Shown one piece after another: positions 42,253 through 55,389 of a DNA stretch of 64,000 nt. Position 1 is the first letter of the stretch. Every line of letters begins with the position of its first letter. The DNA lies in assembly GCA_964016885.1 (NCBI GenBank), contig OZ024751.1:37572001-37636000 (forward strand). Direction: 5' to 3'. The notes under the pieces were generated by a model. It searched no databases and was not told the origin of the DNA. It saw only the letters and a list, made by a program, of their open reading frames with translations. A program made the translations under genes and the position numbers. The DNA is from Eledone cirrhosa. Its lineage: Eukaryota.

Positions 42253-43098
42253 ATCTATGGCTAGCACGCTTTCTAGCTCAGCATGTGTATATCTTCGTTA
42301 TATACGCTATTATCTAAACCACCAGTGAAAGTCTATCGATTTTACGTCTCGCTATCAAACCTTTCCAAAGTTGTGAACTGATTCATGAGATGCCAGCCAT
42401 TGCTTTGGCATAATTTCCAGCCAATAGAAATACCGTGATTATAATGTTTACCTAGCACCATATTTATGAATGGCTATAGTTTTTTTTATTTTACATTTTT
42501 CCCCTTTCTTTATATATGTATATATATATGTTTTGACACAATAATGATTTTTATTCTGAACGTCTATTATAACTGATGATTTATTTTGGGGATTTTTGGC
42601 ACTGCTGTATGATGCGATGTGTAGAACTAACAAATTATATAAGCATAGTATTATCATGTGTCTCGTTACCTAGGATAAAATGGACGAACAATAAAATACA
42701 GATAAAATACATTAGAAATGTTGCTTGTACATGGAACTAATTCTCTCGCCGCCGTCCTCACTGTTTAAGAAAATATTGATGAAATGTCTGCAGTCCATTC
42801 TAATTTTAAGAACTGTACCTATATTCTGCAGCTATATACAGTATTGATATTTTGCCAGATTTTCTAAATGAGCTGAATTGGGAGAGATATTTTGTCTGTT
42901 GTAGTACATATAACAGTTGAAACACTGGTAGCTGAGCTGCATAATAAGGTTCATTATGTTTGCCTCCTGCAGGAATGCATGGATTACACACACACAGAAT
43001 TATATATGTATAATTGATTAAATATATTGATTAAATATATTGATTAAATATATTGATAAAATCTTAACCATTTAACATCTCAGGGTATGTCATGTATC

Positions 43099-43161
43099 AT
43101 TATATTTTGTCTGATGAGGACGTACTGTTGTACATCCGAAATATGTATAATAAAATGTAAT
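43099..43161 (+). ncRNA. Best-preserved hammerhead ribozyme, family A
   Basis: AUUAUAUUUUGU-CUGAUGA-GGACGUAC(UGUU)GUACAUCC-GAAA-UAUGUA-UA|AUAAAAUGUAAU. 12-bp stem I, canonical G10.1-C11.1, AUA site. Confidence 0.85.
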
Positions 43162-43258
43162 TGATCAAAAGAACATCTATTTTATTAATATTTGTAGTGT
43201 GCTTCCAATCTACTGTAAAACTCATTCTTTGACATACTCATTGAATATTGTTTAACAC

Positions 43259-43321
<63 letters not shown>

Positions 43322-43325
<4 letters not shown>

Positions 43326-43505
43326 AAACCAGGTGGACTATAACGCACCAGAGTACTCGATACTTAGGGTAGTAGAGTGGGTAGTAGGAAAAGAGCCAGG
43401 AGCCAGACGGCAGAGCTTCGGCCGTTTCGACAGCTAGATCCGAACATTTCAAAACATACATGTGAAAACGGACGGAGCTTAGCCGTTGGGGTGCTGACTT
43501 TTTTC
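43322..43505 (-). mobile_element. Family C repeat with imperfect fold-back, inside (TA)n
   Basis: Homologous to 17779-17974. Confidence 0.78.
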
Positions 43506-43521
43506 TCTCTATATATATATA

Positions 43522-43830
43522 TATAAAGAATTAGTATATCTACCAACATATTTATACAGAAGTGGCAAATTCAAAAGAATCAATCACGTGACATCGAGGT
43601 TAATCAGTGAGGAGCGGGGCGTTAAAAAGACAGTAGCCAAAATACTACTATGAATCATAGCAGTAATTCAGGCGAATTTTTGCTCAACAAATAATTTGGA
43701 GATAATTATAAAGAATTAGTATGTCTACCAACATATTTATACAGAAGTATACTTATGCTGTCTTTTTAACGCCCCACTCCTCACTGATTAACCTCGATGT
43801 CACGTGATTGATTCTTTTGAATTTGCCACT
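43522..43830. repeat. Interleaved direct (about 41 bp) and inverted (about 72 bp) duplication
   Basis: ATAAAGAATTAGTATRTCTACCAACATATTTATACAGAAGT at about 43522 and 43708; inverted arms 43561-43633 and 43758-43830. Confidence 0.9.
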
Positions 43831-43959
43831 GACCGGGAAGGTAGTGAAATTTTCAGTGTCTTGAAATTTAGTCCGCGCTTGCTTCTTTTCCATTCACTGA
43901 ATTATTTTTGTTTGAGATCCCTGTGTCCGCCTATCGCCTGGGATCTTAGCAGAGAATTG

Positions 43960-44037
43960 ACTCCCTGATGAAGAACGGAAATCTCTATAGCTTTGAATAC
44001 TATGTATATCCCCTTTCAGAAACTAATTAGTTGGAGT
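43960..44037 (+). ncRNA. Hammerhead ribozyme motif, family D
   Basis: ACUCC-CUGAUGA-long degenerate stem II-GAAA-CUAAUUAG-UU|GGAGU. Perfect 5-bp stem I; palindromic stem-loop III. Confidence 0.7.
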
Positions 44038-44089
44038 GAAACTTAAGTAAGTAAGTTAATTACTATAATTTTCTTATTTTACGTCTTTC

Positions 44090-44123
<34 letters not shown>

Positions 44124-44425
44124 ATATATGTGTGTGTGTGTGTGTGTGTGTGATATTGGTTGTATCCAGAGTTTCCCACAGTTGAAGAAGGTAATTAATA
44201 CGTACTGAAAGTATAGACATCGTTATTACATATATATAACTAGCTTCTACAGGACTGTAACTGTTTCGTTGATGTGAAATCATGAGGAACGTCAGATAAA
44301 ACTAGTATCGTTATTTATAGTCTCTTCCCTTCCACCACACCATCACTCCTTTCTCCCCATGTTGTGACTCTCCATAATTATCTTCCTATTCTTTTCTCAT
44401 TCATCCTCTCATTTCTCTTTGTATG

Positions 44426-44803
44426 GCCTGGCAGTGTTAACGGGTAACGTTGCCAGTTCGAGATAAACTTTATAGGTCTGGAAGTGCCGTCAGCTGGGTA
44501 TATCCGCGATTCACGTGGGTCGACGAAACTATCCTTAAGACAGTCGTCCAGAGTCCGGGTATCGCTGACTTGTGGGTTTATGTCGATCATCTTCTGACGC
44601 GTGTAGGGCGGATCTGGCTACCAGCTGAGTCCACCATGGAAGGGAAGATTCTTTTAATCTGCATGGTGGATGCGTCGGAAATGATTGAAGACGGCACTTT
44701 CCTCTTCGGCGATGCTCTCATTGACTTTTTCAGGTTTCATCTGAAAGGGAAAATCAGGATGGAGAGGGAAGTGCTGTCTTCCAGCCACTTTGCTGAAAGG
44801 TGA
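44426..44803 (+). mobile_element. C-terminal fragment of a Tx1/L1-clade LINE ORF2 (decayed zf-RVT)
   Basis: AWQC*RVTLPVRDKLYR..YPRF..DETILK..QSP..LW aligns to W..R..LP..D.L..CP.C..ET..H...C...W with all four zinc ligands mutated; runs into (GA)n. Confidence 0.75.
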
Positions 44804-44826
44804 GAGAGAGAAAGAGAGAGCGAGAA

Positions 44827-44942
<116 letters not shown>

Positions 44943-45975
44943 TGAGGGAAAGGGTGATAGTGAAAGATAGAAAGAGTGGTAGAGTATGTACACGTATGTA
45001 CATATATGTATATACCGATATGTATAAGAAGAGAGCTTGGGGTGTCTTCATATATGTTTGATTAGATATTTTATATTCTTTTCATATAAATATATTTTCT
45101 ATTTCAATATAACACTTCCTCTGCAAATATCAATTGAATCACTCATTGAAACAGACGATTGTTAAATAATTTCAGAAGCACAATTTTCCAATGATTACTA
45201 CTACAAAGAATTCAGTTTAAATATAATAGAATAACTCTATTAAAGTTAGCTGTAAGTTCCAAACACAGAGAGCGTTCTACAACTTACTCACTCGCTCTAC
45301 TTCACGACTCAGTAATTCAGCTAGCATCGGAACTAAACCAGAAACTTGATGTCCTATGGTTTCCGTTTTCTGAATATAATGGCTCTAATTAAGAAATCGT
45401 GCAGACATCAAGGAATTCAAACATTGCATAACCTTTTTCATTGTCACGTAATGCGATCTCCAGCAATTCTCACAATTCTTAAGACGTAACTTTAAATATT
45501 GTATGCTTCGTCAAATGCTCCCTGTCAAAATCACATGGCATTCAAGAAAAAAAATTCCACTAGCGCTGTATCTTCCGGAGAATTATTATATAGTAGCATA
45601 TTCTTCTTCCTTCATTTCATTCTCTTCTCTTGTTCACATCAAAGTGTGTGATTCTCAATGTTCGCAATTATAGTTTAATATATAATGAATATGAATGTGT
45701 CAGTTTATGATATTAAATTATATAAAGATTGCATGGGTTATTTAAATGGATAAGCTTATTAGCCCTGGTGTTCCTGTCACTAGGTGAGGCCGCAATGGAC
45801 GAGTCTATATCAGAAACATGTGATGGTATTGTAATGCATTTCTTAATTTCCCTCTGCATAAATATTAATTTTAGCTGCATATATTAATCATCCAATTCAC
45901 ACATTTTAATATATGAGCATAGGCCCACTCACGTGTAAAGACAAAGGGAATTCATATATAAATCTACGCACAGAC

Positions 45976-46048
<73 letters not shown>

Positions 46049-46049
46049 A

Positions 46050-46232
46050 AGTTTATCCCGGGTTAAACCGGGGGTAACCACAGTAAGTAAGGTACTCAAT
46101 ACAAAGCAGAGTATAAATATTTAATATAGAATAGGATTCTACAGGACTAGAACTGTTTAATTCGGGAGAACTCATCGGGAAACTTCCTGATGATTTCTCC
46201 CGAATGAAACAGTACTAGTCCTGTAGAAGCCT
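46050..46232. mobile_element. Family B repeat with inverted hammerhead pair
   Basis: Plus arm 46183-46229: CUUC-CUGAUGA-UUUC(UCCC)GAAU-GAAA-CAG(UACUAGUC)CUG-UA|GAAG. Minus arm core mutated (CCGAUGA, UAAA). Confidence 0.8.
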
Positions 46233-46268
46233 TTTGAAAATTGCAAACTCGACTGTTACCACTGAATA

Positions 46269-46307
46269 TGAACCTGAAGATTGCGAAAGCATGAAAGTAC
46301 TTGTTCA
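46269..46307 (+). ncRNA. Minimal hammerhead ribozyme motif
   Basis: UGAAC-CUGAAGA-U-UGC(GAAA)GCA-U-GAAA-GUAC-UU|GUUCA. 5-bp stem I, GNRA-capped stem II, palindromic loop III. Confidence 0.7.
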
Positions 46308-46421
46308 ATTAACATTTAACATTTAATATTCTACCATACTATTTCATTATAATATCATTATAATTTTAAAGGATTGTAAATAAAACGAGTAAATCAGACA
46401 AAGTTGGAATTCCTTTTATTA

Positions 46422-46497
<76 letters not shown>

Positions 46498-46534
46498 AAA
46501 CGAAAAATCAGTGATGCATCTGAAATCAATTGGT

Positions 46535-46627
46535 GTGTTACAATTGTTTCGCCGGCCGACAGCTCGAGACAGACACGATCATTGTATGGATCTTGTCTGA
46601 CTCTGGACCTGCGGGCTCGTCGGACAC
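46535..46627 (-). ncRNA. Hammerhead motif with long stem II (core U4 to C), inside short inverted termini 46490-46668
   Basis: GUGU-CCGACGA-GCC..CAGACA.GAUC/GAUC.UGUCUG..GGC-GAAA-CAAUUG-UA|ACAC; flanked by ATAATATAAAACGAAA / TTTCGTTTTATATTAT. Confidence 0.65.
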
Positions 46628-47028
46628 GTCTAATGCTTTCGGACCAAATTCTTTCGTTTTATATTATACCATATTCTGCTCTGTAAGAGCATAGAGTGTT
46701 CAAACGGCATACCGCCTATGGAAGCATCTTAGCTACCATCAGACACACACAAATATATATATATATAAAGGTGCCAGTACGGTGTATGTGACGGTAAGTG
46801 TTCTGTCAAAGGTGCAGTGGTTTAGAAATAAATTTATAAGCAGTCACTTATATATTCTTATATATAAAAAAGGCAGAACTTCTCAGGATGTATTGCACTT
46901 AAACATCATTAAGTATTTTATACAACTGCACTCTGACATAAAGCAACAAAAAGAAATAGTTGAATAGAGATGATGGCTTTATCGCCGCCATCCTTTTCGA
47001 TTTCTTTTCTTCATTTTGATTTCTGTAG

Positions 47029-47124
47029 ACATTTGGCGGCGAGAGGTCTCCATTTGGCACGTCTACAAGCCTTGTTCCCTGCCTATACCCAGGTCGATTA
47101 TGCAAAATCTCTGAATTAATGTAG
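47029..47124 (+). CDS. Candidate exon of unknown gene (probable frame HLAARGLHLARLQALFPAYTQVDYAKSLN*)
   Basis: Long polypyrimidine tract + TGTAG acceptor, GC-elevated 96 bp, consensus donor AG|GTAAGT; TAA at 47117-47119. An alternative donor at 47121 would leave another frame open. Confidence 0.45.
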   Translation, partial: TFGGERSPFGTSTSLVPCLYPGRLCKISELM

Positions 47125-49139
47125 GTAAGTATCTAATCCATTTTACTCTGTGAGTGCTGAGAACCTTAGGGCTAAAGCAAGGAATCTATTTCATCAACTA
47201 AGTTAAATATACAATTCTATCTTTATTTACACATTTCGTATGATATAGACAGTGTCGTTGCATCATATAATCTACACCCAGAGCCAACTTTACATAAGTA
47301 TACGCTGACATTACTAGTAAAGTAGTGCTATCCACTGTGCCCGGTAACTTGTAAGTTATAAAGTATGTGATAGCTTTAACGAATGTCTAAATTGTTACAC
47401 TAGTTGGATTCATTTAAGCGAATGCTTGGTTAATATGTTTATATGTATCAAGTAATTATCAAAGTTAAGGACCTCTATAACAAGAAACTGGTAAAATAAC
47501 ATGAGAAAATAATGCAGTTTATTCAACACTCTGGCATTTGTGTCCACTCAACCATCAAAATAACGAACGTTACTCACACACATATAGACATACACACACG
47601 CAATATATATATATATATATATATACCCCTGTTTACATTTTATTAATTCTGACATGTACAGAGTTTATGTTTTCCTGGAGCAGTTTTTTTTAAACAGTAA
47701 CCAAGTAAAACAGCAAACAAAACGAAATGAAAACAAATAAATCTATACATAAAACTGACGAATTTTTCAAATAAGTTTGTATTGGAAATAATTAATTTGA
47801 TTACGTGTTTCATATCTTCAAGTATCTTGTTTATAGATATATCTCTGGATATCCCCACTAGATATAGAAAACAAATTGCTAAAAGCGCTATAGTATGAGA
47901 GATGAGATATTTGTAAATCTAGTGATTATTTAGATTCTGAGTTGCGAAATTTATATTCGATAAACTAATAAGATATTTTTATGAATGTTGTCGACTCCAT
48001 AATCATCGGTATTCTCTTCACAAGTTCCAAAACTTTTATGAATTACTCGAGGGTATACCAACTATATTTTATTTAGAAAGTATGTAAAAGTTGTTTTTTC
48101 GCCTTCCCCTTCACCTCCTAAACTTTCATAAACATAATTAACTATTCATTCTGTCCTGCGAAGAATTTATACTAAAAAGGAAAAGGAGTTGATCGAGGTA
48201 AAAGTGCTTTCATTGGACGTACCATTGCTGATACTGTCTGTTTGTTACAACCCTGGATCAAATACTGTAGAGAGAGAATCACCCTCGCCCCATTAACACT
48301 TCCAGTCCAGGACTGCTAATTTATTGTCCCTGAATAAACGAGCGTCCAAGTTGACATCGGAAGGATTTGAATCCAGACCCCAGAACATCAGAAGAAATAC
48401 CGACGCATTTCATGTGACACCCTAACGACTCACCGTTTATCTATACTAAAAAAAACGGATATTTTGACAGTGTGTGAAATGTTAATATCTATGGGACTAT
48501 GTAGAGCTGAATAGTCTTTGCTCTATATACATTATATGTAATATCTTATGAAAGGGAACATTGTTATCATAGCTATCTAGGACCCCTTATCGATATCGCT
48601 GTGTAGGATTACTACCGTTGAGTTTGAACTTACTTAAACACATCTTTTGTAGAGAAAGGTTAAGATGAAATCAAGAAGAAGGATTTAATGGGAGAAGAAA
48701 TTGTGGTTAATGAGTTCAGTGAGAACAATATCGAGATTGTAGATTGAGGAAGTAGCTATACGTGTGAATATCTGTTCACATTTTCAATGAAGGAAAACCC
48801 AATTATCATCGAAAAGAAATAATGATTACGTAAGATATATCACAATTCTTTTCTACAAATATTAGCTTTCTCAGATTTTTCTAGGAATCCAATTGCTTTC
48901 TTTAACATCAAAACCCATGGAATATCTGCTAATGCGAATCACATGAATAATAATGAAAAATAGGCGTACATTTTTAAGGTTAGGTTTTTCTAAATGACAC
49001 TTTATTCAGATAGTCATGTTTATCTTAACAACTAGGTGATATTAGGATTGAACAAGATTTCGTGTTTTTACTAAGGTAAAAGTAAAATCCTTACTACGTA
49101 CATCTTTATTTATCGTAATAAACCCAAGATTACGCAAAG

Positions 49140-49385
49140 CAAGAAGTCCACAAAACTGACAGGCAATCTACAGCACAAGGTGGGAAGCATTTGGGGATAA
49201 GGAAGTCAGGACCAGGTATGCAGATAGTATTGCATCCAAATATAGAGAAGCTCCTCAACAATCTGAGGACGTTGAGACGGAGTGGAGATAGTCCAGTGCA
49301 GCAGTTTCTGCTTCAGCTGTAACAAGCTGCAGGCTTGGTGAGGACACTTGGGTTCACTCAAGGGGTCAAAGAAAGGAAGCATAAT
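49140..49385 (+). mobile_element. RTE-clade LINE fragment (endonuclease-RT linker)
   Basis: RWEAFGDKEVRTRYADSIASKYRE..EDVETEWR*..AAV..SA...C and [11 protein letters not shown] resemble RTE W..L.DKEVR..F...I..D.E.EW..F...CG and T.WW..EVKE. Confidence 0.65.
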
Positions 49386-49409
49386 CTTTGCAATTTCTCC
49401 TTACTACAC

Positions 49410-49775
49410 GAATATATATATGCACACACACACACACAAACACACATATATATATACATACATACATATATATACATATATATATATATATACATATATA
49501 CATATACATATATATATATACATATATACATATACATATATATATATACATATATATACATATATATATATACATATATATATACATATATATATATATA
49601 CATATATATATATACATATACATATATATATACATATATATATATACATATACATATATATATACATATATATACACATATATATACATATATATATATA
49701 CATATACATATATATATATGTGTGTGTGTGTGTGTGAGTGAGTGTGTGCGTGTATATGTGAGTATGTGTGTGTAT
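49410..49775. repeat. Compound (TA)n/(TACA) microsatellite
   Basis: Direct reading. Confidence 0.95.
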
Positions 49776-50713
49776 TCAAATATTTTTTCATATTTGTGTA
49801 AATAAAAGGAAGATAACATTTGAGACAGATATTGTGTTTTATTACAGATATTAATTATTTATGTATTACGGTTAAATAATCTAATTAAAACTAATAAATC
49901 TGATATATTTTATGGATGCCTTTTAAAACACAAAAAACTATTTTATCAGATTGAAAAGTAATATGAAAAAAAAAAATTATGTCAGCATTTAAGAAACAGT
50001 TCTTATGTTTAAAACGAAATGGACTATTGTTAAAGTAGTTCAACTTTTAATTTGCGATATCACATCACAAATATAAATTAATAGATTATGTTATAAAATT
50101 CAGACAGAATATTCATACGTTTATATACGTACAACTGGAACAAAATATATAACCATTTGTGTGACAATCATAGGCCATAAAATCTTTTTTTGTCCCTTAA
50201 ACGTTCATTCTATACGAATAATTTTAAGGTTTGTCTTAATTTCTATTCAATTTATAAATAGTACTAATCTACAAGTTCAATCTATGTATCGATTACTTAT
50301 TACTACAATGTGCTGTATAAGTTAAAGGTATGTTGTCCTAACAGATTCGGTGGCAAACCCGGTTCAGTGAGGACATTAAGAAACACACGGTCGTATAAAA
50401 TATATATATATACGTATCATATGCTTCTGTAGATGGATCTCCATGTATTATACATATATGTGTATAATATACATACGTACATACATACATATATACATAC
50501 ATACATATACATACATATATACATACATACATATGTACATATAAACATATGCACAAGTATATAAATATATGTAGTTATTATACTTATATGCATTTGTGTA
50601 TGGACCTGCATGTGTTAATACATGAACACACACAAACGAGTGTGTGTGTATTTATATATATATATCTACATACATACCTAACCACACACACATCTATCTA
50701 TATATATATATAT

Positions 50714-50781
<68 letters not shown>

Positions 50782-50782
50782 G

Positions 50783-50822
<40 letters not shown>

Positions 50823-52051
50823 TATTTATATATATATATATATACATATATATTTATAGGTTAGTATATTTCTGTTTACCTACCAAATGTTTAGTGTTTT
50901 GACATTATATTATCTATTATTTATATGACACATACATCTTATTTTTCTTATTACTCATGTGTTTCCTCCAATAAAACTAACTACTAAAACATTCTCTTAA
51001 TTCTTATTTCAAATTCAAACTAACGTTTCCGACGATTTTTATTTCAGAAAAAATATACATCAAAGATACAATTTTCCGTTTTTTTTTCATCCAATAGTAA
51101 TACAGAAGCTTCGGGTTGCTTCTGGGAAATTTTCAGATTTTACCAATAATTATATTTTGATGTTTGTCTAGATTATCTGATTTTAGATATGTGTGTACAG
51201 CATATATATAGCTTTGTGTGTGTAATATAGCTATCTGCGTGTGTACACATACACCTATATCTCACAATCCTTGCCATTTCACAATATATCTCCAAGCGAT
51301 ATTCTTTGCCATTTTATATTCTAGAATTCAAAACCTTTGACAGTTTTGTCGTAGAAAAATACAAAAAACAATAAGATTATATACATACATATGTATATAT
51401 ATATATGTGTGTGTGTGTGTATAAATATATGAAAATATATGTGTATGTATGTGTGTGTATGTATGTATATTGTATGTATGTATATATGTGTATGTATGGA
51501 TGTTTATGTACTCATTTACTTGTAAGCTGGGAAATAGAATCATGTTTGATATTTCTTTGTATTTCCTAATATCAAAATACAATTAGATTGCTTTGATTTT
51601 AAAGGCCAATACGAAATTGATCTGCCGATGTATTGCAATGTTTAAGGAACATCATTGGTTGTTAGAAACACGAATAATGTATCATAAGAAGGATTTGATA
51701 TGATACATAATTCGAATTCTTAATGAATTGAATTTAAATATAAAACTTTTCTTATTTATGTTATATCAAATTCAGTATTTTACATTTAATTTTCACATGG
51801 ATTCCGCAAGTGCCTTCTTTGACCTTCAAATTTCGGATCTAGCTGTCTAAACGGCACGAGCTCAGCCGTCGGGGCCCTGAAGCTTTTCATATTACCGACT
51901 CTACTACCCCATCATCCAACGAGATATACCTTGGAGGGGGGGGGGCAGCTAAACCTGCATAGGTGTGAGCTGTCAAACACACACACACTACCCCACGTAT
52001 CGAGTATTCTGGAGAGTAATTGTCTAGCTGGTTTTTACCACATCCTATCTG

Positions 52052-52083
<32 letters not shown>

Positions 52084-53984
52084 CAATATATATATATATA
52101 TCTATATCAATATATATATATATCTATGTCTATATCAATATATATCTATATCAATATCAATATATATATATATACATATGTATATATATAGCAGAGTGTG
52201 CGTTGCTCCATAATCTGCTTTGCTTCCCATCATTGCTAAGCATGGGCTGAGATAGTCCTACTAAATAGTTATTACAATCTAGAAGAAATTGAATCATATT
52301 TAAGGCATGTACATAAAACTGTACGTAATAAATGTGATTGTAAGGGACAGATGTTAATATGGAATATAGAGGGAATACTATGAAATATATGGAATTGGAT
52401 AAATAGAACTGTGAAGGAATATTGGAAACCTGTTGTTCAAAGTATGAGATACCAATGTTATGTCTGGAATAATGTTTCCCTTCAATAACAGAATAATATG
52501 CTAATTCAACGTTACATAACGACTAGAATTTTTTTTCCATTGAGGTTTATAAAAATATCCTAGAAGCCATTAACTGAAATACATTCCATTCACCAGCAAA
52601 TGGAACGGAAATGGACACCATATTGCGCGTGTTGTTGTCGTGATACAAGTGACTACGACTACATTTGTAAATGGAACTAAATCGTTGTATTTGTGTAATA
52701 ATCTTAGGTAAATATTTCTACATATCTATAAAATGCTTTAGCTTAAGTGTAATATCATTAAGGTTAATATTTCTCTAGATAGCCTCCTGCGTTGTAATAT
52801 CGTTACAGGATTGAAATTAAATAAATGCTTTATGGTAGGGTTTGGAACTTTTATGATTTGCAATAAAAGTGCATGATGGTGAGAGTAATACAATATATTG
52901 GTACCCCATTGAATAGTGGATTGCAGCTTCCAGCTGAGCAAATAAACTAGCTGAAATACAAATGATGATATGATATATTGCAAGATTTCCTTCATTTTAA
53001 TCTCAGTTGAGTAATGTATGTAAATTCATTTGCTAAGCTTTCCAAATACTTGCTAGGGAGATGCTCCAGAGTTCATTTTAGGAGACATGAATTATTCTGT
53101 ACACTAAATAATATTTTATTGGACAGAACTAAGGCGATAAATTGCAGATAAGTAGAGTATTCCAATATCATATTGCATCAATAATTTATTCCTACGTTAT
53201 ATTGGGATTCTATTTCCAAGACCATGCTGGTTACATTGTCATGTTTTGATGTTTGCGTCTACGGTATGTGTAAATGGTGAAATAAAAGCTGATAGACACA
53301 TTGCACTCAACTGATAACATGAGTTAATAGTGTGTTGAAATAATATAACACACGTTATGGAGTAATTGCATAACAAGCATGGCAATTTCTATTTTTATTT
53401 CACACATGGGTGACTGTGCTACTATTCACAATGTAATTTAAAATATTGCAATGCATTGAATGTATTAATGAGGACAGATAGAAGGAAAACATAGAGAGGC
53501 AGTGACGAATAAATCCTGAAAGGTTTTTTTAAAGTATATATAGAGTTAGTGATTTTTAAAATATATATTTGGTGTAATTGTTTTCTTCAAAATTTCGCAG
53601 ATACTACTGACTCAGTATCGTAAATACTGGAAACTACACTTGAAGAATCAAATTTGTGTTTTGTGAAACAATGCATGTATAACGATTTACAATTCAGGGA
53701 ACTTATTGCGGAAAAAATCTATTTAAATCTGATAAATTCCATGGTGCTTACTCATATGATTGTTGAACTACTTATTCCCCTTAAAAAAACTAGTGTAGTT
53801 CCTCCGGTATATATATAAATATATATATAATAACTAGTTATAGTATGTGTAAGTTGATAGAGTATTAAGCTTGTATAGTGTTAGTCGTTTAACGTGATTA
53901 TATATTCAGTACAATTGACTGCGAATGTTTCCTTATTGCTCATCTTTAACCTACTGTTTTCTATTTGAAATAATGAGGATAATA

Positions 53985-54200
53985 AGTGTTTCTGATATGC
54001 CACAAGGCCAGTAATTCTCAAGGAAGGGGGAAGTCCATTTAATCGACTCCAGTACATTACTGATGCATTATTTTCGCCACACCGTAATAATAAAAGGCAA
54101 AGCTAAACTGGGACGGATTTGAACTCAGAACATAAAGGGACGTAACTCTATGCTACAAAGCATGGTGTCCGACTCTCTACCGTTACTGTCAATGCACCAT
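53985..54200 (-). mobile_element. Intermediate-age SINE (young-type head, long tail)
   Basis: AAGGGACGTAACTCTATGCTACAAAGCATGG head with retained G-rich tail segment. Confidence 0.8.
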
Positions 54201-54393
54201 TCCCAATAATAATTAAGTTTCTGGTTTAGACTGACGGCCAGTAAGATGGGGGTGTGGTTTAGCATAACCGATAATAAGGGACAAACTATTAAAATTGATT
54301 CCAATAATTGATTGATACTATATATAATCGATCCTCGGAAATTCAACCTCAGTTGGATTGGAACTCAGAATGTAATGAGACGGAACAAATAAT

Positions 54394-54574
54394 TGTTTCT
54401 ACTTTAGGCACAAGGCCAGCAATTACCCAGTGCATTACTGGTACTTTATTTCATCGACCCCGTAAGGATGAAAGGCAAAGTCAACCTCGGCGGGATTTGA
54501 ACTCAGATCGTAAAGGGACGTAACTATGCTGGAAAGCATAACGTCCGACCCTCTACCGATACTGCCAATCCGCC
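54394..54574 (-). mobile_element. Full-length young SINE nested in an older SINE (about 54215-54635)
   Basis: 17-bp TSD GAGACGGAACAAATAAT at 54377-54393 and 54575-54591; diverged SINE sequence continues on both sides. Confidence 0.93.
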
Positions 54575-54657
54575 GAGACGGAACAAATAATGATACTTTT
54601 GTAGGAGACGCCGACGATTCTGCGAATCCACCACAGTTTATCTACAACAAACAGCAA

Positions 54658-54951
54658 GAGTAGTAGTAGTAGTAGTAGTAGTAGTACTGTAGTGGTGGTG
54701 GTGGTGGTGGTGGCAGTGGTAGTAGTAGTAATAGTAATAGTAATAGTAGTGGCAGTAGTAGAAGTAGTAGTAGTAGTAGTAGTAGTGGCAGTAGTATTAG
54801 TAGTAGTGGTGGCAGTAGTAGTAGTATTAGTAGTAGTGGTGGCAGTAGTAGTAGAATTAGTAGTAGTGGTGGCAGTAGTAGTAGTATTAGTAGTAGTGGT
54901 GGCAGTAGTAGCAGTAGTAGTAATGGCAGTAGTATTAGTAGTAGTGGTGGC

Positions 54952-54985
<34 letters not shown>

Positions 54986-55025
54986 GTGGTGGCAATACTA
55001 GTAGTAGTAGTAGTAGTGGTGGTGG
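54658..55025. repeat. (GTA)n/(GTG)n trinucleotide array with 30-bp higher-order unit
   Basis: Recurrent GTGGTGGCAGTAGTAGTAGTATTAGTAGTA. Confidence 0.95.
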
Positions 55026-55207
55026 GGTGAAGAGCAGAGTAATTAAAAGAGCAACTGAGAGGGAAACATTAATTTTAATTTTCCTGCCAATGTTTCGCTG
55101 TTTTGAATGAATATTAGAAATATCCAGAATTAGTTCGCCATTACCAATACTGAAGTCCCTAAGTCACATAACAGCCATGCTGATAGAAAAGAAGGACGTG
55201 CGCATGT

Positions 55208-55265
<58 letters not shown>

Positions 55266-55345
55266 ATACATACTCACGCATACAATATATTGCTATACAC
55301 ACACACAATATATATATAAATATGGTTATACAAATACACAATATA

Positions 55346-55389
<44 letters not shown>

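Noticed and set aside
54642-55030. Poly-Leu/Pro and poly-Val ORFs resembling membrane proteins
   Set aside because: Translations of a GTA/GTG trinucleotide array.
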